From the NCBI GenBank assembly GCA_963816185.1, contig CAWFJJ010000008.1:320001-384000 (forward strand): 64,000 bases of DNA, read 5' to 3'. The notes below the pieces were generated by a model. That model saw only the letters and a program-made list of their open reading frames with translations. It ran no database searches and had not been told where the DNA came from. This DNA is from Thermoanaerobaculia bacterium. Its GTDB lineage: Bacteria > Acidobacteriota > Thermoanaerobaculia > UBA5066. Shown in pieces: positions 1-9,297 of the stretch; position 1 is the stretch's first letter; the number at the start of each line of letters is the position of its first letter. Made by a program: the position numbers and the translations under genes.

Positions 1-933
1 TGACCTCACCCGACTTCGATTCGCTCGTCGGCCGGATCACGCAGATCCTGGCGGCGAATCCCTCGCTCCTGGTCCCGCCCACCTGTGCGGGGTGCGCGGG
101 TTGCGCGGCCGCCGGAGCCACGGAGTGTCCGGCGGGCGGGCATTGCGTGACCCGCTGTCCCGACACGGTCCGCTCGATGATCGCTTGCGTCGGGCCAGGG
201 TGCCGAGTATCGGCTGCTCCCGGCGTCGGCGAGGTGCCCAAGGACCTCGCGAAGTTCATCGACCACACTCTTCTCCGCGCCGACGCCACATACACGGATA
301 TCGACAAGCTCTGCGACGAGGCCGCCCAGTTCGGCTTCGCGTCGGTGTGCGTCAACCCCGTCTTCGTCAGGCGCTGCGCCGCCAGGCTGGCCGGCAGCTC
401 CTCGGTCGTGTGCACCGTGGTCGGCTTTCCGCTCGGGGCCATCCCGAGGGAGATGAAGGCGCTCGAGGCGCGGCGCGCCGTCCGCGAGGGCGCGAGCGAG
501 ATCGACATGGTCATCGCGATCGGGGCGCTCAAGTCGGGAGACCTAGTCGCACGTCGAAGAGGACATTCGCGCCGTGGCGGAAGCCGCCCACGACGGAGGC
601 GCGATCCTCAAGGTGATCCTGGAGACATCGCTCCTGACGGACGAGGAGAAGGTAGCGGGCTGCGTCGCCGCCCGAAAGGCGCGCGCGGAGTTCGTGAAGA
701 CCTCGACGGGGTTCTCCACCGGCGGCGCCACGGCGCGCGACGTCGAGCTCATGGCGCAGGCCGTCGACCGGAAGCTCGGCGTGAAGGCGTCGGGAGGAAT
801 CCGTTCCGCCGAGGACGCGCAGAAGCTCATCGCCGCGGGAGCGACACGGATCGGAGCCTCGGTCGGCGTGAAGATCGTCAAGGAGGCGCGAGGCCTCGCC
901 ACCGCCTCCGAAGAGACAAAAGGCGCTTACTGA
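1..933 (+). CDS. deoC: Deoxyribose-phosphate aldolase with N-terminal encapsulation-peptide-like helix and Cys-rich extension; frameshift near 545-560; start codon probably begins 1 nt before the window
   Basis: Motifs [21 protein letters not shown] and EIDMVI lie in ORF 147-1313. [23 protein letters not shown] and RIGAS lie in ORF 574-933. The frame is open from nt 3 ([20 protein letters not shown]...). Confidence 0.9.
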
Positions 934-1570
934 TGGCGGACCTCCGGAGCTTCGTGACGCTCGACGCGATGCAGCCGCAGGTCGCGGCGTACATCGGAAC
1001 GATCGCCCGCGGCTTCCTTCCGGTCGCCTTCGAGGCCTCCCTCATCGTGGAGATCTCCCCGGGCATCGAGATCAACCGCGTCACCGACGTCGCCGTCAAG
1101 GCGACCGACGTGCGCCCCGGAATGCAGGTCGTCGAGCGGCTCTACGGGATGCTCGAGGTCCACAGCCCCTCGCAGGCCGAGGTCCGGCAGGCCGGCGCCG
1201 CCATCCTCGCCGCGCTCTCGCTGAACGAAGCCGACCGGATCAAGCCGCGCGTCCTCTCCTCGCAGGTCATCCGCCGCGTCGACGACTCTTCAGGCGCAGC
1301 TCATCAACCGTGACCGGCAGGGGATGATGCTCGTGGCCGGGCGAGTCGCTCTACATCCTGGAGGTCGAGCCCGCGGGCTACGCGGGGTTCGCGGCGAACG
1401 AGGCCGAGAAGGCCGCGGAGATCAACGTCGTGGACGTCCGGATGACCGGAGCCTTCGGGCGCGTCTACCTCGGAGGCGAGCAGCGCGACATCGACGTGGC
1501 CTCGGTCGCGGCCATCCGGGCGATCGAGTCCCTCACCGGGCGCGAGGCGCAGAAGAGCCGGAGGGACTGA
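933..1570 (+). CDS. BMC-T tandem-domain shell protein (CcmP/BMC-T dp-like), two apparent frameshifts near 1290 and 1340
   Basis: [34 protein letters not shown] and [13 protein letters not shown], continuing in shifted frames as [19 protein letters not shown] and [10 protein letters not shown]. The ATG overlaps the deoC TGA. Confidence 0.88.
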
Positions 1571-1575
1571 GGGCG

Positions 1576-2199
1576 GTGATCGACCTCCGAAGCTACGTCT
1601 TCCTCGACTCGCTCCAGGAGCAGCACGCGGCTTTCCTCGGGACGGTCGCGAAGGGATTCCTGCCCGTGGGCGGACAGGCGTCGCTCTTCATCGAGGTTTC
1701 GCCCGGGATCGCGATCAACCGGCTCACCGACATCGCGGTCAAGGCGACCTCCGTCACGCCCGGAATGCAGATCGTCGAGCGGCTCTACGGCCTGCTCGAG
1801 ATCCATCACGACGATCAGGCCGAGGTGCGCCGCGCGGGCGAAGCGATTCTCGGGGAGATCGGAAAGGCCGAAGGCGACCGGATCAAGCCCGAGATCCTCT
1901 CCTCGACCGTGATCCGGGGCCTCGACGACCGGCAGACGCAGCTCATCAACCGGACGCGCCACGGCCACATGATCGTGGCGCGGCAGTCGCTCTACATCCT
2001 GGAGTGCCAGCCGGCGGCGAACGCCGCGCTGGCGGCGAACGAGGCGGAGAAGGCCGCGCACATCAAGGTGCTGGAGATCGTCTCGTTCGGCTCGTTCGGC
2101 CGGGTCTACCTGGCGGGAGCCGACCGCGACATCGACGTGGCTCTGCCGGCGGCCGAGCGGGCGATCCAGGGCCTATCCGGACGCGCGGCAAAGTCGTAG
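1576..2199 (+). CDS. BMC-T tandem-domain shell protein (CcmP/BMC-T dp-like)
   Basis: Paralog of the previous gene: [56 protein letters not shown]. Confidence 0.92.
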   Translation: MIDLRSYVFLDSLQEQHAAFLGTVAKGFLPVGGQASLFIEVSPGIAINRLTDIAVKATSVTPGMQIVERLYGLLEIHHDDQAEVRRAGEAILGEIGKAEGDRIKPEILSSTVIRGLDDRQTQLINRTRHGHMIVARQSLYILECQPAANAALAANEAEKAAHIKVLEIVSFGSFGRVYLAGADRDIDVALPAAERAIQGLSGRAAKS

Positions 2200-2258
2200 A
2201 ACACGTCATGGCGAGGAACTGACAACCCGAAGGCGGGGAGAGAACAGGAGGATCGGAG

Positions 2259-2578
2259 ATGGCCGAAGCACTGGGAATGATCGAGTGCCGCTCGTTCGCG
2301 GCGATGGTGGAGGCGGCCGACGCGATGGTGAAGGCCGCGAAGGTGGAGCTCGTCGAGCTACGAGAAGACGGGCGGAGGCTACGTCACCGCCATCATCCGC
2401 GGCGACGTGGCGGCCGTGAAGGCGGCCGTGGATGCGGGGCAGAACGGCGGCGTCTCGCGTCGGCGAGATCGTGACGACCCACATCATCGCCCGCCCGCAC
2501 GTGAACGTCGACCTCGTCCTTCCGCTCGGCCGCACGGCCGAGGCCGGGAAGGAGACCGGCGCGCACGTCAAGAAGTAG
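2259..2578 (+). CDS. BMC-H hexamer shell protein (EutM/PduA/CcmK-like), apparent frameshifts near 2355 and 2455
   Basis: ALGMIE and [11 protein letters not shown], then [24 protein letters not shown] and HIIARPH in shifted frames. RBS AGGAGG/GGAG upstream. Confidence 0.9.
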
Positions 2579-2610
2579 GCGGATCACAGGCGTGGGGAGG
2601 CGGTGAGGCG

Positions 2611-2967
2611 ATGCTCCTGGCAAAAGTCGTCGGAACCGTGGTGGCGTCGCGGAAGGACCCCAAGATCGAGGGGCTCAAGTTCCTCCTGCTCCGGCAGGTG
2701 AACCCCGAGAACCTCAAGGAGGGTGGCTTCGTGGTCGCCAACGACGCCGTCGGCTGCGGCCTCGGGGAGTATGTCCTCTACGCGTCCGGCTCCTCCGCCC
2801 GCCAGACCGAGGTCACGAAGGACCGCCCCTGCGACGCGGTCATCATGGCGATCGTGGACACGTGGGAGATCGGCGGCCAGACGCTCTTCGAGAAGAACTC
2901 GTCCGAGCACGGGTACGGCGATGAGCGCCATCTAGCCCCGACGAGATCCGGCGCCTCGCCGAGCTGA
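2611..2967 (+). CDS. BMC-P pentamer/vertex protein (EutN/CcmL family); exact 3' end uncertain
   Basis: [42 protein letters not shown]. Confidence 0.9.
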   Translation: MLLAKVVGTVVASRKDPKIEGLKFLLLRQVNPENLKEGGFVVANDAVGCGLGEYVLYASGSSARQTEVTKDRPCDAVIMAIVDTWEIGGQTLFEKNSSEHGYGDERHLAPTRSGASPS

Positions 2968-4380
2968 TCGCCCGGGAGCTCGTGGCGGAAGGGAACGCGA
3001 GGCCCCTGCGCGCCGTTCGGCCCCGATCTCCCCGGCGACGGCGTCGGCCTCGGAGGCGGCGTTTTCTCGAAGCTCGACGACGCGGTCGCTGCGGCGTCGC
3101 GCCGCGTTCCGGGGCCTCGACGCGCTCGGCCTCGAGAAACGGCACGCGATCATCGAGTCGATGCGCGAGGCGATGCGCCAGAACGCGCGTTCCCTCGCGG
3201 CTCTTGCCGTCGAGGAGACGGGCCTCGGCCGCGTGGAGGACAAGGTCCAGAAGAACCTCCTCGTCACGAACAAGACTCCCGGCCCCGAGGAGCTCGCGCC
3301 GCAGGCCACCTCGGGGGATCACGGCCTCGCCCTCATCGAGCCCGCGCCATTCGGCGTCATCGGGGCGATCACTCCGGTCACGAATCCCTCGTCCACGATC
3401 ATCTGCAACTCCATCGGCATGGTGGCTGCGGGAAACACGGTCGTGTTCAACCCGCACCCTTCGGCCAAGAGAGTCTCCCAGGAGACGGTCCGTCTTCTCA
3501 ACGCGGCGATCGTCGGGGCCGGAGGGCCGCCGAACACGGTCTCCTGCACGGCCGAGCCGACGATTCAAATCCGCGGGCGAGCTGATGAAGCACCCGAGGA
3601 TCCGCCTCCTCGTCGTGACGGGGGGCGGCGCCGTCGTGGCCGCCGCGATGAACTCCGGCAAGAGGGCCATCTGCGCCGGACCCGGCAATCCGCCGGCCAT
3701 CGTCGACGGGACGGCCGACATCGAGAAGGCGGGACGCGACATCGTCTTCGGGCACTCGTTCGACAACAACGTCATCTGCACGGACGAGAAGGAAGTCATC
3801 GCCGTCGACTCCATCGCCGACGCGCTGAAGGGCGTGATGAAGAAGGCCGGGGCCTTCGAGCTTCCCGTCCGCGACCTCCCGCGCCTCGAGAACGTGATCT
3901 TCGAGAAAGGGGCGGGGCCGCGCGGCCACGCCGTGGTCAACAAGAAGTACATCGGCAAGGACGCGTCGGTGATTCTCAAGGAGCTCGGGATCACCGCCGG
4001 ACCCGAGGTGCGGACGCGTTCTCGTGGAAGTGCCGAACGAACACCCCCTCGTCTGGACCGAGCAGATGATGCCGGTCCTGCCGCTCACGCGCGTCAGGAA
4101 CGTGAACGACGCGATCGACCTCGCCGTCGCGGCCGAAGGGGCGTGCTTCCACACCGCCACGATGCACTCGCACGACATCGCGGCGCTTTCGGCGATGGCG
4201 CGCCGGTGCAACTGCTCGATCTTCGTGAAGAACGGCTCTAACCTGGCCGGTCTCGGGTACGGGGGCGAGGGCTACACCTCGTTCACGATCGCGTCGCCGA
4301 CGGGCGAAGGGATGACGAGCCCGCGCTCGTTCTCCCGCTGGCGCCGCTGCACGCTCGTCGATCATTTCCGGATCGTGTGA
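2921..4380 (+). CDS. CoA-acylating aldehyde dehydrogenase (EutE/PduP family) with N-terminal encapsulation peptide; several apparent frameshifts
   Basis: Pieces across frames: [46 protein letters not shown], catalytic [30 protein letters not shown]-terminal [17 protein letters not shown]. Confidence 0.88.
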
Positions 4381-4381
4381 C

Positions 4382-4987
4382 GTGAAAAGCGAGAATCCCG
4401 GCCCCGCGCTCGCGATGCTCCTTGTCGACGAGGTTCCGCCGGGCCTCGCCGTTCTGGACGCGCTCGCGAAGGAAGCGGATGTGGACGTGCTCCAGACGGG
4501 CACGATCCACGGCGGCCGCTACCTGATTCTTTTCGGCGGCGAGGTCGGGCCCGTGGAGCGCTCGTGGCGCCGGGCTCTCGAGACCGCAGGCTCTCACGTC
4601 GTCGACGAGATGCTCCTCCCGCACGCCGAGTCTCGCCTCGCGCCCGCGATCGGGACGGGAGCGATCCGCTGGCCGGCGCCCGGCGACACCCTCGGCGTCC
4701 TTCAGGCCGCGACGCCTCCGGCCCTCGTCCGCGCCGTCGACGCGGCGCTCAAGGGGGCGCTCGTCGACCTCGTGGAGCTGCGCGTCGGGGACGGCCTCGG
4801 CGGGAAGGCCATCGCGAGCCTCTGGGGCGAGACGCACGACGTGGAGGCAGCAATCGCTCTCGCGCGGATCTCGTTCGAAAAAGCGGACGCTCAGGGCACT
4901 TCGACCGCGGTCATCCCACGAGCCGACACGGCCGTCCAGGAAACCCTCGGCTCGCCGAGCCGCTTCTTCAAGGAATTCCGCGGATGA
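4382..4987 (+). CDS. BMC-T single-layer tandem-domain shell protein (PduT-like)
   Basis: Two BMC repeats: GLAVLDALAKEADV...GGRYLILFGGEV and AVDAALKGALV...GLGGKA...GETHDVEAA...VIPR. Confidence 0.85.
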   Translation: MKSENPGPALAMLLVDEVPPGLAVLDALAKEADVDVLQTGTIHGGRYLILFGGEVGPVERSWRRALETAGSHVVDEMLLPHAESRLAPAIGTGAIRWPAPGDTLGVLQAATPPALVRAVDAALKGALVDLVELRVGDGLGGKAIASLWGETHDVEAAIALARISFEKADAQGTSTAVIPRADTAVQETLGSPSRFFKEFRG

Positions 4988-5271
4988 AACTCGGGAGGGT
5001 CATCGGCACGCTCGTCGCAACCGTGAAGCCGGACGCGATGAAAGGACTGAAGCTCCTCATCGTCCGGCCGCTCACGGCGGACCTCGCGGATGACGGCGAT
5101 CCGTTCGTCGCCACCGACGCCTCGGCGCAGGCCTCGTCCGGCGACCTCGTCACGTGGGAGGCGGCCCGCGAGGCAGCCCTCCTCCACGACCCGTGGTTCA
5201 TTCCGGTCGACCACGCCGTCGTCGGGATCGTGGACCAGCACGCCCTGGATAATCGGGAGCCGACGCGATGA
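4984..5271 (+). CDS. BMC-P pentamer protein (EutN/CcmL family)
   Basis: MKLGRVIGTLVATVK, GLKLLIVRP, VDHAVVGIVD. ATGA overlap with the upstream gene. Confidence 0.9.
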   Translation: MKLGRVIGTLVATVKPDAMKGLKLLIVRPLTADLADDGDPFVATDASAQASSGDLVTWEAAREAALLHDPWFIPVDHAVVGIVDQHALDNREPTR

Positions 5272-5564
5272 TCCTCGGGCGCGTCCTCGGGACGGTTGTC
5301 AGCACCGTCCAGCATCCGTACTTCAACGGTCGAAAGCAGCTCCTCGTGGGCGCGGTCCTCCCGGACGGAACGCTCGACGGCACCCGGTACATCCTCGCGC
5401 TCGACATGGTCGGCGCCGGCGTGGGGGAGACCGTTCTCGTGGAGGACGAGGGGAACTCCGCGCGCCAGGTCCTCGGGGACCCGAAAGCGCCGGTGAGATC
5501 GCTCATCGTGGCGATCGTGGACGAGGTCGACGTGCCCGCTCCTGGCCGTGACCCAGGCCCGTAA
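5268..5564 (+). CDS. BMC-P pentamer protein (EutN/CcmL family)
   Basis: MILGRVLGTVVST, DMVGAGVGETVL, EGNSAR, IVAIVDEV. Confidence 0.92.
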   Translation: MILGRVLGTVVSTVQHPYFNGRKQLLVGAVLPDGTLDGTRYILALDMVGAGVGETVLVEDEGNSARQVLGDPKAPVRSLIVAIVDEVDVPAPGRDPGP

Positions 5565-5629
5565 AGACCCGTCACGTCGGAGACCCAAAGCGCGAGATAT
5601 GCGCAAACCCGCCCGAAGAGGAGGTTCAC

Positions 5630-6766
5630 ATGCCGCTCGCCATTTCCCGCCGCACGTTCGCCGGAACCCTCGGCGCCGCCGCCGGAGCTGCTTTGCTGGA
5701 CTCTCCGCTGGTTCGCCGTACGGCCGAGGCGGCGACCAAACGCCGTGAGCGGCCGGCCGACGCCATCCTCCTCAACGCGAACGAAAACCCGTACGGACCT
5801 TCCGCGAAAGCGCTCGAGGCCGCGGCGAAGGCGGCCCCGAACCGGTATCCCGACGGGCCCGAGGAGGAGGTCCGCGCGGCGATCGCGAGGCATCACGGCG
5901 CCCGACCGGAGCAGATTGTCCTCGGCTGCGGCTCCTCCGAGGTCCTGCGCATGGCGGACATGGCCTTCGGCGGCCCCGGCCGACGGGTCGTCGCCGCCGA
6001 GCCGACGTTCGAAGCGGTCCTCGTGTTCGCGAAGGTGCTCCACGCCGATGGCGTGAAGGTCCCCCTCACCCCCGACTTTCGCCACGACCTCCCGAGGATG
6101 GCACAGGCCTGCGACGCGTCGACAGGCCTGGTCTACGTATGCAACCCGAACAATCCGACCGGCACGATCGTCTCCGGCGACGAAATGGCGGCCTTCGCGG
6201 CGCGCGTCCCGGCGTCGGCGACGATCCTCGTCGACGAGGCCTATCACCACTTCGTGGAGGATCCGCGCTACCGCACCTCGTGCGGACTGATCACGGCACA
6301 CCCGAACGTGGTCGTGGCCCGCACGTTCTCGAAGATCTACGGGATGGCCGGCCTCCGGCTCGGGTACGCGATCGGCGCCGAGCCGAAGATCAAGGCGATG
6401 ACTCCCTTCGCGTCCTGGAGCAACACGAACTCGGCGGTGCTCGCCGCGGCTCTCGAATGTCTCGCCGATCCGGATCTCGTCCCGCGCCAGAAGAAGACCT
6501 TGAACGACACGCGGCGCTGGCTCGTCGCCGAGCTCGCGAAACAGGGCCGGCGCACGATGCCTTCCGAGACGAACTTCGTCATGATCGACGTGGGCAAGGA
6601 CGTCACTCCCGTCATCGAGGCGTTCCGAAGCCGGAAGATCCTCGTCGGGCGAAAGTTCCCGTCGCTCCCGAACTGGCTGCGGGTGAGCGTCGGAACACGG
6701 CCGCAGACGGAGGCGTTCGTCTCGGCGCTCGGTGAGATCGTCCCGGTGAGGGCAGCAGCGGCCTGA
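5630..6766 (+). CDS. hisC: PLP-dependent aminotransferase, histidinol-phosphate aminotransferase family, with Tat signal peptide
   Basis: NENP, CNPNNPTG, DEAY, RTFSKIYGMAGLRLGY. N-terminal SRRTF plus hydrophobic stretch. RBS GGAGG. A true HisC role is uncertain. Confidence 0.8.
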   Translation: MPLAISRRTFAGTLGAAAGAALLDSPLVRRTAEAATKRRERPADAILLNANENPYGPSAKALEAAAKAAPNRYPDGPEEEVRAAIARHHGARPEQIVLGCGSSEVLRMADMAFGGPGRRVVAAEPTFEAVLVFAKVLHADGVKVPLTPDFRHDLPRMAQACDASTGLVYVCNPNNPTGTIVSGDEMAAFAARVPASATILVDEAYHHFVEDPRYRTSCGLITAHPNVVVARTFSKIYGMAGLRLGYAIGAEPKIKAMTPFASWSNTNSAVLAAALECLADPDLVPRQKKTLNDTRRWLVAELAKQGRRTMPSETNFVMIDVGKDVTPVIEAFRSRKILVGRKFPSLPNWLRVSVGTRPQTEAFVSALGEIVPVRAAAA

Positions 6767-6783
6767 CTCTGCGGGGGGACGAG

Positions 6784-9297
6784 CTACTTCAATCCTTCTA
6801 CCAGGAAGAGGTCCGACAGAATGCGGTGATAGCTGTAAGCGTATGACGAGACGTCGGGCGTGAGTACGACCGAGACGATCTCCACGACGCCCGCGGCGTC
6901 GGGCGGCATCAGCTCCTGCGAAGGGTGCTTCTCGCCCGTTCCGAGGTCGAGGCGGATCACGTGGGCGGGAAGCTCACCGCGCCGGTACGCGAAGAGAACC
7001 TTGCCGTCGGGGGAGAACCGGATCGGGCGGTCCTCGGCGACGAGGCCCGGAACGTACTCGGGATCTCCGCCTTCGATCGGGAATCCGTAGAAGAGCCCGT
7101 CCGGACCCTGCGCCGCCACGAGGCGCGCGTCGGGAGAGACGGGGAAAAAGCCCATCCCGATTCCCTCCGGCGTGATCGGTCGTGGCGGCTCGCCCGCGAC
7201 GCCCTGCACGAAGAGGCGAAGCCCCTCGCCGGGCACGTTCGCCGCCGCGAGAATCCGCTTGCCGTCCGGGAGCCACCACGCGCGGTGGACGCGCAGCTCG
7301 TTCTTGGGAAGCTCCCGGGGCTCGCCGGCCTTCGTCGGCAGGAGCGTGATCCGGCGCCCGTCGGGCGCCATGCTTTGTGACGCGACCCATCGGCCGTCCG
7401 GCGAGAAATTCCCGGCCCAGCCGTCGCCGAGGTGCACGGCGGGCGTGCCTTCCGTGCGGCGCACATAGACCGCGTGGCGAGCCCCGCCGCCTTCTCCGCT
7501 TTCGTCGAAGAGGATCAGCTTCCCGTCCGTCGAGATGTCGCGGACGAGCGACCAGTCGAGGAGAGAGAGGTCCCGGTCGCGGTCCGCGCCGGGCGGCCGC
7601 CCGATGATTCCGACCTTCCCGTTGTCGCTCGTCATGAGGATGCGGCCGTCGGCGGCTGCGTCCTGGATCGTCAGCTCGCCCGGCGTGCGGACCAGAAGAC
7701 GCTCTTTCCCCTCGAGAGTCACCGACCAGATCGAGCGCGCGACGCCGACGCGCGTCGCCGTGAACCAGATCTCCTTCCCGTCACCCGACCACACGAGTCC
7801 GTACGCGGTGATCCAGTCCTTCGCGAGCACGGTGCTCTTCCCGGAGCGGTCCACCACGACGACGGAGCCCTCGTCGTCGCCGAGCGTCGGGTGGTCGAGG
7901 AACGCGACGAGGTCTCCTTTCGGCGAGACGCGCGGATGGCTCAACCAGCCCCCGGTCTCGTAGAGAACCTTGCCGATCGGATATTCGAGCCGGGTCTTGC
8001 CCGCGACGGAACGCACGACGGCGAGGTGCGCTCCGTCGGGTCCCCAGTCGGCCCAGTGTACGTTTTCGAGAAGCTCGCGCGGCGCCCCGCCCGCCAGCGG
8101 CACCTGCGCGAGCGTGCCGCTCCAGATGAACCGGCCCGCCCAGCGGCGCTCGAGCGAGATCGCGAGCTGACCCGTCCGCGAAATGGCAAGGATCTCGGCG
8201 TCCGGCAGCATGAGCGGGCTCGACTCGGGGCTCTCGGGGCGCGTCGAGAAGAGCCGGCAAGGCTCGCCTTCCCAGGCCGCGCCGTAGATCACCGTACGCC
8301 CATCCGGGGCGAATCGCGCGGAGAGGATCGTGCCGCGCCGGAAGCTGAGGCGCTGGAACGTCGGGAGGTCCTCCTCCTTCGTCACGCCCCGGTCGGCCGC
8401 GGCGATCTCGCCGGACACGGCCTCCGACAGGTGGTCGCGGAGCGTGGCGAGGTCCCGCGCCAGATCGCGCGTCGAGGCATACCGTCCGTCCGCGTCCTTC
8501 GCGAGGCAGCGTTCCACGATCCAGCGCAGCGGCGCCGGCAAACGCGGGTTCAATTTCGCGATCGGCTCGGGCTCTTCGCGGATGACCGCCACGAGCGTCT
8601 CGGCCGCGCTGTCGCGCTGAAAGGCGCGTCGCCCCGTCGCCAGCTCGTAGAGGATCGTGCCCAGAGAGAACTGGTCCGAACGTAAGTCCGCCGGCTTGCC
8701 GCTCGCTTGCTCCGGCGACATATATCCGACCGTGCCCATGATCATGCCCGGAACCGTTCCGGACGCGGTCGCGGCAGCGGAGAGGTCGTGCGAGGGTTTC
8801 TCGGCCGCCTTCGCGAGGCCGAAGTCGAGGATCTTCACCCAGCCCTCGCGGGACACCATGACGTTCTCGGGCTTCAGGTCGCGGTGGACGATTCCGGCCG
8901 CATGCGCTTTCGCGAGACCCTCGGCAATCTGTACCCCGATCTCGAGGAGCTTCTTCACCGGCAGCGGCTCCGCCGGAAACGCGTGGCGTAGCGTTTCGCC
9001 CTCGACCAGCTCCATGACGAGGAGGTGGCGGCCGGAAACGCCGGCGGAACCGGGGATTTCTTCGAATGAATAGATGGCCGCGACGTTGGGATGATTCAGA
9101 GCCGCGAGCAGCTTCGCTTCTCGCTCGAAGCGCGCGACCCTCTCTTTGTTTTCGAAGAACTCTTCCGAAAGGACCTTGATTGCGACGTCTCTCGAGAGCC
9201 TCGTGTCTTTCGCCCGATAGACCTCTCCCATTCCCCCCGCGCCGAGCGGCGTGAGGATCTCGTACGGACCGAGCTTCGTGCCGGGGGCGAGCGTCAT
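6784..9297 (-). CDS. Hanks-type Ser/Thr protein kinase with C-terminal TolB/WD40-like beta-propeller
   Basis: GAGGMGEVY, VAIK, HRDLKPEN, DFG, GTVGYMSPE, and repeated SPDG/APDG blades. Start at MTLAPGTKLGPYEI. Confidence 0.92.
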   Translation of the reverse strand: MTLAPGTKLGPYEILTPLGAGGMGEVYRAKDTRLSRDVAIKVLSEEFFENKERVARFEREAKLLAALNHPNVAAIYSFEEIPGSAGVSGRHLLVMELVEGETLRHAFPAEPLPVKKLLEIGVQIAEGLAKAHAAGIVHRDLKPENVMVSREGWVKILDFGLAKAAEKPSHDLSAAATASGTVPGMIMGTVGYMSPEQASGKPADLRSDQFSLGTILYELATGRRAFQRDSAAETLVAVIREEPEPIAKLNPRLPAPLRWIVERCLAKDADGRYASTRDLARDLATLRDHLSEAVSGEIAAADRGVTKEEDLPTFQRLSFRRGTILSARFAPDGRTVIYGAAWEGEPCRLFSTRPESPESSPLMLPDAEILAISRTGQLAISLERRWAGRFIWSGTLAQVPLAGGAPRELLENVHWADWGPDGAHLAVVRSVAGKTRLEYPIGKVLYETGGWLSHPRVSPKGDLVAFLDHPTLGDDEGSVVVVDRSGKSTVLAKDWITAYGLVWSGDGKEIWFTATRVGVARSIWSVTLEGKERLLVRTPGELTIQDAAADGRILMTSDNGKVGIIGRPPGADRDRDLSLLDWSLVRDISTDGKLILFDESGEGGGARHAVYVRRTEGTPAVHLGDGWAGNFSPDGRWVASQSMAPDGRRITLLPTKAGEPRELPKNELRVHRAWWLPDGKRILAAANVPGEGLRLFVQGVAGEPPRPITPEGIGMGFFPVSPDARLVAAQGPDGLFYGFPIEGGDPEYVPGLVAEDRPIRFSPDGKVLFAYRRGELPAHVIRLDLGTGEKHPSQELMPPDAAGVVEIVSVVLTPDVSSYAYSYHRILSDLFLVEGLK

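Noticed and set aside
147-1313. Apparent DeoC-BMC-T fusion ORF (388 aa)
   Set aside because: Artefact of the deoC frameshift. The DeoC C-terminal half is in another frame and ends at 933, where BMC-T has its own ATG.
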